NCBI GenBank assembly: GCA_947460575.1
Contig: CANHIJ010000003.1
Location: forward strand, 19,093 to 83,092
From: Verrucomicrobiales bacterium
GTDB lineage: Bacteria > Verrucomicrobiota > Verrucomicrobiia > Verrucomicrobiales > V1-33
Direction of reading: 5' to 3'
Length of the DNA stretch: 64,000 bases
Notes under the pieces: generated by a model
What the model was told of the DNA's origin: nothing
Seen by the model: only the letters and a program-made list of their open reading frames with translations
Database searches by the model: none
Shown: positions 34,192 through 42,850 of the stretch, piece by piece
Layout: the number at the start of each line of letters is the position of its first letter
How positions within the stretch are numbered: position 1 is the stretch's first letter
Position numbers and translations under genes: made by a program

Positions 34192-34476
34192 ATGAAACCT
34201 GATCTCCATCCGAAACTAAACCACGTCGTCTTTGTGGATACCGCTTGCGGTGCCCGCTTCATCACCCGCTCCACCGCCACCTCCAAGCAGGTGGAAGTCA
34301 TCGACGGCGTCGATCACTACGTGGTAGCCCTGGGCATCACCTCGGCGTCCCACCCCTTCTTCACGGGCGAGCAAAAGTTTATCGATACCGCCGGGCGGGT
34401 CGAGAAATTCGCCAAGCGCTTTGGCGCCACCGCGACGCGCCGCAGCGCCCCCAAGCTCACTGGTTCCGCTTCTTAG
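34192..34476 (+). CDS. rpmE: 50S ribosomal protein L31 (type B, no Zn-binding CxxC pairs)
   Basis: MKPDLHP, ITSASHPFFTG, DTAGRVEKFAKRF. Confidence 0.95.
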   Translation: MKPDLHPKLNHVVFVDTACGARFITRSTATSKQVEVIDGVDHYVVALGITSASHPFFTGEQKFIDTAGRVEKFAKRFGATATRRSAPKLTGSAS

Positions 34477-34500
34477 CGCGTTGCCCCCCTTTTTCAGCCG

Positions 34501-34537
34501 AACGGTGCCGCATTCCCCGCGAATGCCGCACCGTTTT
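34501..34537 (+). terminator. Terminator-like hairpin after rpmE
   Basis: AACGGTGC-CGCATTC...GAATGC-CGCACCGTT followed by TT. Confidence 0.6.
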
Positions 34538-34605
34538 GCTTTGTCCAGCGGACCGCCGCGGACTGTTTGCCCTCCCTGTTAGTAACGCCCCACCCTCCTC
34601 CCGCT

Positions 34606-35685
34606 GTGGACTACGCCCCGCTGATTGAAAAACGACGCCAGCGCCTCGCCGAACTGGACGAGGCTATCTCGTCGCCCGAGTTTTACCAGGACCCCAAAAA
34701 AGCGGGGCTGCTGACCCGCGAGCACGCTCAGATCAAGAAGCTGTTAGCGCTGTGGGAGGAGCACCAGAGCGTGCGGCGGCAAATCGCGGAGAACGAGGCC
34801 ATGGCCAAGGGCGACGACGCTGAATTCGCCGCCCTGGCGGCGGAGGAATTGCCCGGCCTGCGGGGGCGCGAGGAAACTCTCGCCACCCAGGTGCAATACG
34901 CCCTCTTGCCGCGCGATGTCACCGAGGACCGCGACGCCATTGTCGAAATTCGCGCGGGGACGGGCGGGGACGAGGCCGGGCTTTTTGCGGCCGATTTGCT
35001 GCGCATGTACACCCGCTACGTCGACGCCATGGGTTGGAAAATCGAGCCCATGGATGCGAGTACTTCGGACGCGGGCGGCTACCGGGAAGTGGTCTTCAAG
35101 GTCACGGGGGAGGAAGTGTTTCGCTTTTTGAAATACGAGAGCGGGGTGCACCGGGTGCAGCGGGTGCCCGCCACCGAGGCCCAGGGCCGCATTCACACGA
35201 GCACCGCGACGGTGGCGGTGCTGCCGGAGGCCGATGAAGTCGACGTGGAGATTAAGCCTGACGAGTTGCGCATTGAGGTCTGCCGCGCCAGCGGCGCGGG
35301 CGGCCAAGGGGTCAACACCACCGACTCCGCGGTCCAGGTTTTGCACCTGCCTACGGGCTTGATCGTGCGTTGTCAGGACGGGCGCAGCCAAATCAAAAAT
35401 AAGGAGAAGGCGATCACGATTTTGCGCTCCCGATTGTTAGAACGCAAGCAGCAGGAGGAAGCCGCCAAGTACTCCGCTAACCGCAAGGCCCTGATCGGCA
35501 GCGGCGGGCGCGAGGAGAAAATTCGCACCTACAACTACCCGCAAAATCGGGTCACCGACCACCGGGTCAATCTCACCCTCTACAACCTGACGGGCTACAT
35601 GGAAGGCGACCTCGCGGGCATGATCAGTACCTTGCAGGCCAGCGAAATGGCCGCCCGCCTGGAGGAAGCGGGCCTGGGGAACTGA
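34606..35685 (+). CDS. prfA: Peptide chain release factor 1
   Basis: GGQ motif (RASGAGGQ), RF1-specific PAT, EIRAGTGGDEA; probable GTG start at 34606. Confidence 0.97.
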   Translation: MDYAPLIEKRRQRLAELDEAISSPEFYQDPKKAGLLTREHAQIKKLLALWEEHQSVRRQIAENEAMAKGDDAEFAALAAEELPGLRGREETLATQVQYALLPRDVTEDRDAIVEIRAGTGGDEAGLFAADLLRMYTRYVDAMGWKIEPMDASTSDAGGYREVVFKVTGEEVFRFLKYESGVHRVQRVPATEAQGRIHTSTATVAVLPEADEVDVEIKPDELRIEVCRASGAGGQGVNTTDSAVQVLHLPTGLIVRCQDGRSQIKNKEKAITILRSRLLERKQQEEAAKYSANRKALIGSGGREEKIRTYNYPQNRVTDHRVNLTLYNLTGYMEGDLAGMISTLQASEMAARLEEAGLGN

Positions 35686-35705
35686 GCGCTTTTTGGTTAA
35701 AAAAG

Positions 35706-36371
35706 CTATTGGATGGCGACGGCGAGGCGGTAGAAGGCGCGGCCGCCCGCGGCGAAAGGCAGGCCGAGGCGCAGCTTGAGTCGCTCGTAGGCGGGGGCCA
35801 CGGAAGTGGGGCCGCTCAGCACCGCGTAGAGGGCGGGCGCCCAGGTGGCGAGCTGGAGGGAGGATTCGGGGAGGAAGCGTCCGGCATTTTTGCGGCGGAT
35901 GAATTCTAGGGTGAGATAGGGGGCACCGTCGATGATTTCCTCGCGGAAGCAGGGCAGGCCGCCGGTGGTTCCTGGTCCTGCTAGAGGAGAGCCGGGGACG
36001 AAGGGCGAGAGGTTGAAGGCGAATTCGAGCAGGTTGGGGACGAGGTCGCCATCGGGGTCGCCGTAGGGTCCGGCTTCGGGTTCGCTCGGGCTTCCAAAGA
36101 AGGCGGTTTGCCAGGCGGCGAAGGCCGCGGGACCGGCCCCGCTGCTGGCGGCGTCGAGGAGGCCGGTGAATCCGCCGAGCTGGAAATACGGGCCGCTGGC
36201 GGCGCTGCCCCCCCAGCTGGAGAGGGCTTGCTGCACCGCGTAGCTGGAAGATGCCGCGGGGCCGCCCCCGGAATCGAGGGCTCCATCGATTTGATAGGGT
36301 CCGCCCGCGCCTGCGGGGGCGGTGGGGGCGGCGGCGAGGAGCGCGAGACCCGCGCGGAGCCAGAGGGTCAT
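35706..36371 (-). CDS. Exported protein: short Gly-rich N-domain plus DPDGD...FYRL C-terminal domain
   Basis: Signal peptide; YQIDGALDSGGG...GGFTG; WQTAFFG...DPDGDLVPNLLEFAF...AFYRLAV; start overlaps the upstream stop. Confidence 0.75.
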   Translation of the reverse strand: MTLWLRAGLALLAAAPTAPAGAGGPYQIDGALDSGGGPAASSSYAVQQALSSWGGSAASGPYFQLGGFTGLLDAASSGAGPAAFAAWQTAFFGSPSEPEAGPYGDPDGDLVPNLLEFAFNLSPFVPGSPLAGPGTTGGLPCFREEIIDGAPYLTLEFIRRKNAGRFLPESSLQLATWAPALYAVLSGPTSVAPAYERLKLRLGLPFAAGGRAFYRLAVAIQ

Positions 36372-38080
36372 GGGCGCTGGTAGAGATAGAAGGTTTGCCC
36401 TACGCGGTAGCGGCCTCCGGCGCTGAAGCCGACGCCGTTGGATCCGCCCCAGACGATCATTTCGCTGCCCGTCCATTCCATGTTAGGGAGGACTCTGGCC
36501 GCGGGGGCGCCGGAGGCGGTGAGGGAAGTCCAGGTGCTGTTGGTGGGGTTGTAGCGGGCGCCGCTGCCGCTGTAGGCGAGGGAGGTGGCGCTGGTGGATC
36601 CGCCCCAGACGATCATTTCGGAGCCGGTCCAGACGGCGCTGTGTTGGATGCGGCCCTCGGGGGCCCCGGCGGCGGCGAGGTCCTTCCAGGAATTAGTGCT
36701 AGGAGAGTAGCTGGCCCCGCTGTTGTAGGCGGAGCTGGCGCCGGGGATGGTGCCACCCCAGGCGAGCATTTCGCTGCCGGTCCAGACCGCGGTGTGGTAG
36801 AAGCGGGGGTTGACGGAGGGGGCGGCGGCAGTCCAGGTCCCGGCGCCGAGGGGGTTGAAGCGGAGGCAGTCGCTGAAGGCCGCGAGGCCGTTAGTGCCGC
36901 CGTAGACGAGCATTTCGGAGCCAGTCCAGATGGCGCTGTGGAGGTGGCGGGGGGCGGGAGCGGCGGCGGCGGGAAGGGCCGTCCAGGTGCCGCCGACGCC
37001 GAGGCCGGGATGATAGCGGGCGCCGTCGCCGAGGACGCTGCTGCCGTTGTTACCCCCGAAGAGGAGCAGTTCGGCGCCGGTCCAGACGGCGGTGGCGTTG
37101 AAGCGGCCGACCGGAGCGTTTGTCAGGCTCATGGCCGTCCAGCGGTCGGTGCTGGGATTGTAGCGGCCGCCGGAGTTGGGATAGGCCCCGGCGCTGCGGC
37201 CGCCCCAAACGATCATTTCCGTGCCGGTCCAGATGGCTAGAGGGTTTTCCCGGTTGGCGGGCTGGCCCTCAGCATTCATGGGGGTCCAGGCATTGGTGGC
37301 CGGGCGGTAGCGCCAGCCTTCGGCGCCGTCTCCCCAAATCAGCATTTCGCTGCCGGTCCAGACGGAGGCGGCGCGGTCGCGGGCGGAGCCTCCAGCGATG
37401 GCGGTCCAGGTGTCGCCGGACTGGAGCGTCCCGGCGGGGACGTAGCCGGCGTCGCGGAGAGCGGGGGCGTCGGCTTGGAGGGAAACCAGGGCCGCGCCGG
37501 GAGGGACGGTTCCCTGGCCGGAGGCGGCGAGGCTGTCGGCGACGGCGGTGGGGGCGAGGGCGGCGGCGGAGACGGAACCTGGGGCTATTTTGCTAGCGGT
37601 GACGGCGCCCGGGGCGAGTTGGGCGGTGCTGATGGCGCCGTCGCGGACTTGGTCGGCCATCAGGGCGTAGGCCACGGCGGCGAGGCGCTGGTCGGGGCTG
37701 AGTTGTTGCCAGCCGTTGAGGCCGTCGCTGAACCAGACGCGGAGGTGGACGTCGCCGTGGCTGAAGAGGCCTGCGGGGAGCGGGCTCATGCCGGGGCGCG
37801 TGGCGTCGCCTAACATTATACTGTAGAGGCCGCCCTGGACGCCGAGGGAGACCGCGGCCGCGGGAGCGGAGCCGCCCGCGCTGGTGCCGTCGTTGCTCCA
37901 ATAGGTCGTGGCGCCATTGGCGCTGAGGAGGGCGAACTTGAATTGGCCGGTGCCCGTGAAGTCGGCCCCGCTGACGCGCGCCCGACCTTGATAGTGGAGC
38001 AGCTGGGGGACCTGGGCCGCGAGGGGCAGGGCGCTGGCCCAGCAGGCGAGGAGGGCGGGGGCGAGGAGGGAAGAGCGCAT
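36368..38080 (-). CDS. Exported Kelch-like repeat (beta-propeller) protein with fibre-like N-terminus
   Basis: Signal peptide; VPQLLHYQGR domain; GAISTAQLAPGAVTASKIAPGSV repeats; seven WTG(S/T/A)E(M/L)xx(W/F/Y)G repeats. Confidence 0.85.
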   Translation of the reverse strand: MRSSLLAPALLACWASALPLAAQVPQLLHYQGRARVSGADFTGTGQFKFALLSANGATTYWSNDGTSAGGSAPAAAVSLGVQGGLYSIMLGDATRPGMSPLPAGLFSHGDVHLRVWFSDGLNGWQQLSPDQRLAAVAYALMADQVRDGAISTAQLAPGAVTASKIAPGSVSAAALAPTAVADSLAASGQGTVPPGAALVSLQADAPALRDAGYVPAGTLQSGDTWTAIAGGSARDRAASVWTGSEMLIWGDGAEGWRYRPATNAWTPMNAEGQPANRENPLAIWTGTEMIVWGGRSAGAYPNSGGRYNPSTDRWTAMSLTNAPVGRFNATAVWTGAELLLFGGNNGSSVLGDGARYHPGLGVGGTWTALPAAAAPAPRHLHSAIWTGSEMLVYGGTNGLAAFSDCLRFNPLGAGTWTAAAPSVNPRFYHTAVWTGSEMLAWGGTIPGASSAYNSGASYSPSTNSWKDLAAAGAPEGRIQHSAVWTGSEMIVWGGSTSATSLAYSGSGARYNPTNSTWTSLTASGAPAARVLPNMEWTGSEMIVWGGSNGVGFSAGGRYRVGQTFYLYQRP

Positions 38081-38170
38081 CAGTTTAGAAAAAAGGGGAG
38101 GGCGCCAGGCCATGGCCATGAGCTGTAGGGAGGACGCCGCGAAAAGTCGATGCCCTTCTCCAGGGCCCAC

Positions 38171-39043
38171 CTAGGCGGGTGCGGGCGGGCGTCGGCCAAA
38201 AAGTCCCTTGGTCCAGGCCCCGGCCACCAGGCGGGCCTTGCGCAGCGACGACAGGCGGTAGCGCTGGTCGAACACGCGGTAGCCATCGGCTTCAAGGAGG
38301 TCGAGGGTTTCACTGTAAATGCGGCGCATCGCTTCCGCGGCGAGCAGGGGGCGGCGGTCCCGCTTGACCAGGGCGGCGCGGGCCAGCTCGTAGTAGGACC
38401 GGGCGCGGGCTACTTCCTGGCGCATCAGGCGCACAAAAGCCTCGTTGTATTTTCTGTTAGAGAGGTCGGCCACGCTGTACCCGGCGGCCGCGAGGTCGTC
38501 GAGGGGCAAGTAAACGCGCTGGCCGTTTTCCCAGTCGGCGCGGATATCCCGAAGAATGTTCGTAATCTGGAGGGCGTAGCCGAGGTTGATGGCGTAGTCG
38601 CGGCTGCGCTCGTCGCGGCAGCCGAAGATGCGCACGCTGACCAGGCCGACGCAGCTGGCGACGCGGTAACAATAGAGCTTGAGGTCTTCCCAGGTTTGAT
38701 AGGGATGGGGGTCGATGTCCATGGCTACGCCGTCGATGATGGCGGTCATTTCATCGGCGGGAATGTGGTGGCGGTGGCGGAGTTCGAGCAGATCGCGCTC
38801 GAAGGGGTCGCAGTTGGGGGCTTCGCCGCGGACCACGGCGCGCCAGCGCTCGAGGGCCTGGAGGCGCTCGGGGGTGGTCCAGCCCTCGTCGTCGGCGATG
38901 TCGTCGACGATGCGGCAGAAGGCGTAAAAAACGTACATGTCCTGGCGGCGGCGCTTGGGGAGGCAGGCGAGGGCGAAGGCCAAGTTCGATCGGCTGCGCT
39001 TCACGATGTCGTGAGCGGAGGGGCCGGAAGAAGTGGAGCTCAT
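38171..39043 (-). CDS. Phytoene/squalene synthase family (HpnD/CrtB-like)
   Basis: YAFCRIVDDIAD, YCYRVASCVG, LGYALQITNILRD, RVYLP. Confidence 0.92.
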   Translation of the reverse strand: MSSTSSGPSAHDIVKRSRSNLAFALACLPKRRRQDMYVFYAFCRIVDDIADDEGWTTPERLQALERWRAVVRGEAPNCDPFERDLLELRHRHHIPADEMTAIIDGVAMDIDPHPYQTWEDLKLYCYRVASCVGLVSVRIFGCRDERSRDYAINLGYALQITNILRDIRADWENGQRVYLPLDDLAAAGYSVADLSNRKYNEAFVRLMRQEVARARSYYELARAALVKRDRRPLLAAEAMRRIYSETLDLLEADGYRVFDQRYRLSSLRKARLVAGAWTKGLFGRRPPAPA

Positions 39044-40110
39044 GGGGATGGGGCGGCGCGCCGACGGAGGGGGCGGGCTGGGGGCGGGGGCGGTTCCGCC
39101 CGCAAGTTGACCCATGCGCTGAGTGCCAGCACCGTCAAGCCTATTTGGACGAGGGCGTGGGCGACCGCCAAGAGGACCTGCAGCCCGGGGGGGGCGCTGG
39201 AGCTGGCCTTGGCCAATGCTCGGCCGGCCAGGCCCCACAGGTGTGCTCCCAGGCCTGCGGCGGCGAGCCAGGCGAGGGCTTGCCAGCCGCGGGAACGCCA
39301 GAGGGCGCCGGCTTGTTGGGCGCCCTGGCCCCAGAGGTCCGACGAGCGCAGGTGGAGAAAGAGGAGCGGCGCAAAAGCTAGGGCGAGGCCGAGGGCGGCG
39401 AGGAGGGCGCGCCCGGCGGGGAGGGCTTCGGGGGGCAGCCAGCGCCCCAGCCACCAAGCGCTGCCGTGGCCGAGGGCCCAGGGCCAGAGCCTCAGGGAGT
39501 GGGCGGCGGAGGATTCCAGCCAGCGCACCCCGGCGACTTTTTTGGGGGCGCGGTCTTCGGTTTCTGCTAGGAGGAGGAGCCCCGCGAGGACGGCGGCGGA
39601 GGGCCAGCCCACCAGGGGGATGGCGAGCAAGGTGGCCCCGGCGTGCCAGACCGCGGGTAATTGGAATCTGGCTAGGGAGGCATCGGCGATGAGGGCGGCG
39701 GCGCCGATGAGGAGGAGGGCGAGCCAGCGCGCCCCGGATTGGCTAGTGACGGAGGAGGTTCCTTTGAGAAAGCCTTGGCGGAGCCCTGCGGCGTTGGCGG
39801 CGAGCAGGCCTGCGGAGAGGAGGGCCACGGCGGGGCCGAAGGTAAAGCCGTGCCAGGCTTGGAGCAGGGCGGCCGCGGTTCCGGCTAGGGCGGGCTCGGT
39901 TGGCAGGTGGGGCAGGGTGTGGGCGCGTCCATGGGCGGCGAGCGCTTCCGCGCCGAGGAGGGCGGCAGGCAGCGCCGCGGCGGCGGGGTATTTTCGGATG
40001 AGATGGGCGCCGCGGCGGAACTCCGCGCGCCAGGGCTGGACCGCAAAAAAGAGGGCGGCGCAGGCCGCCGCCCCGGCTCCCCAGCACCATGGCAACCAGC
40101 GCGGGTCCAT
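39040..40110 (-). CDS. Hypothetical integral membrane protein
   Basis: 356-aa hydrophobic ORF between lepB and the synthase; stop overlaps the next start. Confidence 0.7.
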   Translation of the reverse strand: MDPRWLPWCWGAGAAACAALFFAVQPWRAEFRRGAHLIRKYPAAAALPAALLGAEALAAHGRAHTLPHLPTEPALAGTAAALLQAWHGFTFGPAVALLSAGLLAANAAGLRQGFLKGTSSVTSQSGARWLALLLIGAAALIADASLARFQLPAVWHAGATLLAIPLVGWPSAAVLAGLLLLAETEDRAPKKVAGVRWLESSAAHSLRLWPWALGHGSAWWLGRWLPPEALPAGRALLAALGLALAFAPLLFLHLRSSDLWGQGAQQAGALWRSRGWQALAWLAAAGLGAHLWGLAGRALAKASSSAPPGLQVLLAVAHALVQIGLTVLALSAWVNLRAEPPPPPARPLRRRAAPSP

Positions 40111-40129
40111 CGGGAAGCGGGCCGGGGGC

Positions 40130-41404
40130 TCAGCGAATCAACCCAAAGTGGGGGAGGAAGGGCCAGTAGACGAAGAGGGCGGGCCCCACTAAGTTTTGCT
40201 CGGGCACCGGCCCCCAGTATCGGCTATCGGAACTTTCCGGGCTGTTGTCGCCCATGGCCATATAGGATTTTTCCCCGAGTTGCACGGCTTGCTCGCCATG
40301 GACGTAGTCGCCGTTGACGATCGTATAGCCGCGGTAGCCATTTTCTCGGCTCATGACCTTGCGCATGCCGACTTCGGCGGCGGGGGCGCCGTTGATTTGC
40401 AGCGCGCCGACTGGTTGCGGGGCCCGGCCGGGGATGCTGACCACGGATTCAGTGGCAGAGAGTGATAGGCGGTCGCCCGGCAGCGCGGTGAGGCGCTTGA
40501 TGTAGTGCTGGGAATCAATCCCCGGGGGGGGCTGGATGCCTTTGATGTCGGCAGTGGAGAAGACAAAGACCTCGCCGCGGGTCGGGGTTCTGAAGTGATA
40601 GGCCATTTTGTTGACGAGCACCTGATCGCCGGTGTCGATGAGGCCGCGCACCAGCAGGGTGCCGGGCGCTAGCTCGTGGCCCTTGACGCGGACTTCGAGG
40701 GTTTCCACGCCGCTGAGCAAAGTGCGCTCGCCATCGCCGGAAACGGTCGGCTTGGGTCCCACCCAGAGGCTTTCCCACATTTGGCGGGTCGGAACATAGC
40801 CCGTGAGGGTCCGCTCTTGGTGCAGCGGGTCTTCGAAAATGAGGTCGGTGACCGTAAAGAAGTGCAGGGTGGAGCGCTGGCGGATGGCGACCAGGCGCAC
40901 TGGACCCCAGTCCGCGGGGAGGCGCATTTCCACGTAATTGCGGCCGCGGGCGAGGTATTCGAGGCCTCTCAGCAGGGGGTTAGGGAAGGAATCGCTTTCG
41001 GGCAGGGCCCGGGCGGTGATGCCGTTGAGGGTCGGCTGCATGGAAGCCGTGGGAATTTTGAAGGGCTGGAGGAAGTAGGCGCGGATCCCCAGGGCCACCA
41101 CGATGGCCACCACGATGACTTCGATGTTCTCCTTGATGGCCGAGGACCGATAGCCCGGGACGGAGCCTTCGCAGGCTATGATCAACTCCCGCTCGAGTCC
41201 GGCGGTGGCTTCCTCGTTGCGGCGGCGCAGCGCGGTTTGGTGCTGCTTTTGCAGCTGGCGCACCCAGTCCTGCTTCTCGGGGTGCATGAGGTCGGCGTTG
41301 TACTGGAGGAATTTCTTTACGCCGTCTGATAGGTGGATGGCCTTCTTCATCCATCCGGGCTTGAACAGGGGCAGGCGGGGGTCGGGAGCGAGTTCCGGGG
41401 GCAT
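40130..41404 (-). CDS. lepB: Signal peptidase I
   Basis: FKIPTASMQPT (Ser), YIKRL (Lys), MGDNSPESSDSRYWG; start uncertain. Confidence 0.95.
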   Translation of the reverse strand: MPPELAPDPRLPLFKPGWMKKAIHLSDGVKKFLQYNADLMHPEKQDWVRQLQKQHQTALRRRNEEATAGLERELIIACEGSVPGYRSSAIKENIEVIVVAIVVALGIRAYFLQPFKIPTASMQPTLNGITARALPESDSFPNPLLRGLEYLARGRNYVEMRLPADWGPVRLVAIRQRSTLHFFTVTDLIFEDPLHQERTLTGYVPTRQMWESLWVGPKPTVSGDGERTLLSGVETLEVRVKGHELAPGTLLVRGLIDTGDQVLVNKMAYHFRTPTRGEVFVFSTADIKGIQPPPGIDSQHYIKRLTALPGDRLSLSATESVVSIPGRAPQPVGALQINGAPAAEVGMRKVMSRENGYRGYTIVNGDYVHGEQAVQLGEKSYMAMGDNSPESSDSRYWGPVPEQNLVGPALFVYWPFLPHFGLIR

Positions 41405-41640
41405 GGGCGGCAGGACTGGTGTTGGACGAACCTTCCCCTCATGGGGCCTTTCCCGGCTCCCCGCAAGGCAAAGTCCGGAGCCGCCGGGGGCGGAATCGAT
41501 TTGGCTTGCCATGGCGCCGACTTGAGTTGAGGAGAAGGCGGCCGTTTTTCCTATCGCTAGCGCCCGGCGTGCGCTGCGCCGCGCCGCATCTCGCTGGGGA
41601 AATCGGGGCGCCCCGTTTTTGTTCCAACCCTACATTTTGC

Positions 41641-42828
41641 ATGATCCGCTGCTGTCCTGGACTCCTGTGCATCGCCTTGATTTGGCCGCTGCTGGCGACG
41701 GCCTGCCGCGAGGAGGTGGTCGTGCCTCCGGCCGCTCCGGCGCTGGTCAAGGTGGCCAAGCCGCTCCGGGCGGACGTGCCGGTGGTGGTGGAGGTCATCG
41801 CCCAGACCGAGGCCACCGCTAACGTGGAGGTGCGGGCCCGGGTGGAGGCCACGGTGGAGCGGATCGCCTTTCAGGAGGGCACCGCGGTGAAGCCGGGGGA
41901 CCTGCTTTTCGTGTTAGACAAAAAACCCATTGAGCAGCGCTTGGCGGCCGCGCGAGGTAACCTCGGGCAAGCCGTGGCCGCTCTGGGCCGCACCCGCCAG
42001 GACGTGCTGCGCCTTCGGCCGCTCGCGGCCCGCAGCGCCGTGCCGCAAAAGGACCTCGACACCGCCCTGGCCCTTGAGCAGCAGGCCCAGGCCGCCGTGG
42101 ATACGGGCGAGGCCCAGGTGAAGAGCGCGGAATTGGACCTCAGCTACACCGAGGTCACCGCCCCCGTCGCTGGGATGATCGGGGCCAAACAGGTCGACGT
42201 CGGCTCGCTGGTGGGCAAGGGCCAGCCCACGTTGCTGGCGGTGATTTCTCCCCTCGATCCCATCTGGGTCAACTTTGAAACCAGCGAAGTCGCCTATTTG
42301 AATAATGCAGCGCGGTTTCGCGAGGTCGGCGGAGCGGCGGATTTCTCGCTCGTTCTAGCCAATGGCAAGCAGCATCCCCACCCGGGGAAACTGGCTTTCG
42401 TGGACCGCATCGTCAACGCATCAACCGGGACGATCCGGCTGCGCGTGGAGTTTCCCAATCCCGAAAAAATCCTCCGCCCCGGGCAATTTTGCCGGATTCG
42501 CGCCCTGGCCCGCACTCTGCCGGGAGCCCTGTTGATTCCGCAGCGCGCGGTGCAGGAGTTGCAGGGGCTGTGCAATGTCATTACGGTGGGGCCGGACGGC
42601 AAGGCCGCCCACAAGCGCGTCCAAATGGGCAATCGCATCGGGTCCCTCTGGGTGGTGGAGTCCGGCCTGGGACCGGACGACCAGGTCGTCGTCGAGGGCC
42701 TGCTCAAGGCCCGGGACGGAGCTCCGGTGCAGGCCCAGCCGACTGCGATCGATGACACTTCGCTACAGGAATTGCGGCGCAGCGTGCCCGGCGGGGCTCC
42801 TCCCGCGGCGGCGCCAGTCGCTCCTTAA
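41641..42828 (+). CDS. RND efflux periplasmic adaptor (MFP) lipoprotein
   Basis: Lipobox LATAC, VEVRARV, GDLLF, YTEVTAPVAG, FPNP...LRPGQF. Confidence 0.93.
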   Translation: MIRCCPGLLCIALIWPLLATACREEVVVPPAAPALVKVAKPLRADVPVVVEVIAQTEATANVEVRARVEATVERIAFQEGTAVKPGDLLFVLDKKPIEQRLAAARGNLGQAVAALGRTRQDVLRLRPLAARSAVPQKDLDTALALEQQAQAAVDTGEAQVKSAELDLSYTEVTAPVAGMIGAKQVDVGSLVGKGQPTLLAVISPLDPIWVNFETSEVAYLNNAARFREVGGAADFSLVLANGKQHPHPGKLAFVDRIVNASTGTIRLRVEFPNPEKILRPGQFCRIRALARTLPGALLIPQRAVQELQGLCNVITVGPDGKAAHKRVQMGNRIGSLWVVESGLGPDDQVVVEGLLKARDGAPVQAQPTAIDDTSLQELRRSVPGGAPPAAAPVAP

Positions 42829-42850
42829 GCCCCTTCACGGAAGCTCCCCT

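Noticed and set aside
38150-40192. 680-aa plus-strand ORF
   Set aside because: Antisense shadow of the synthase and membrane protein genes
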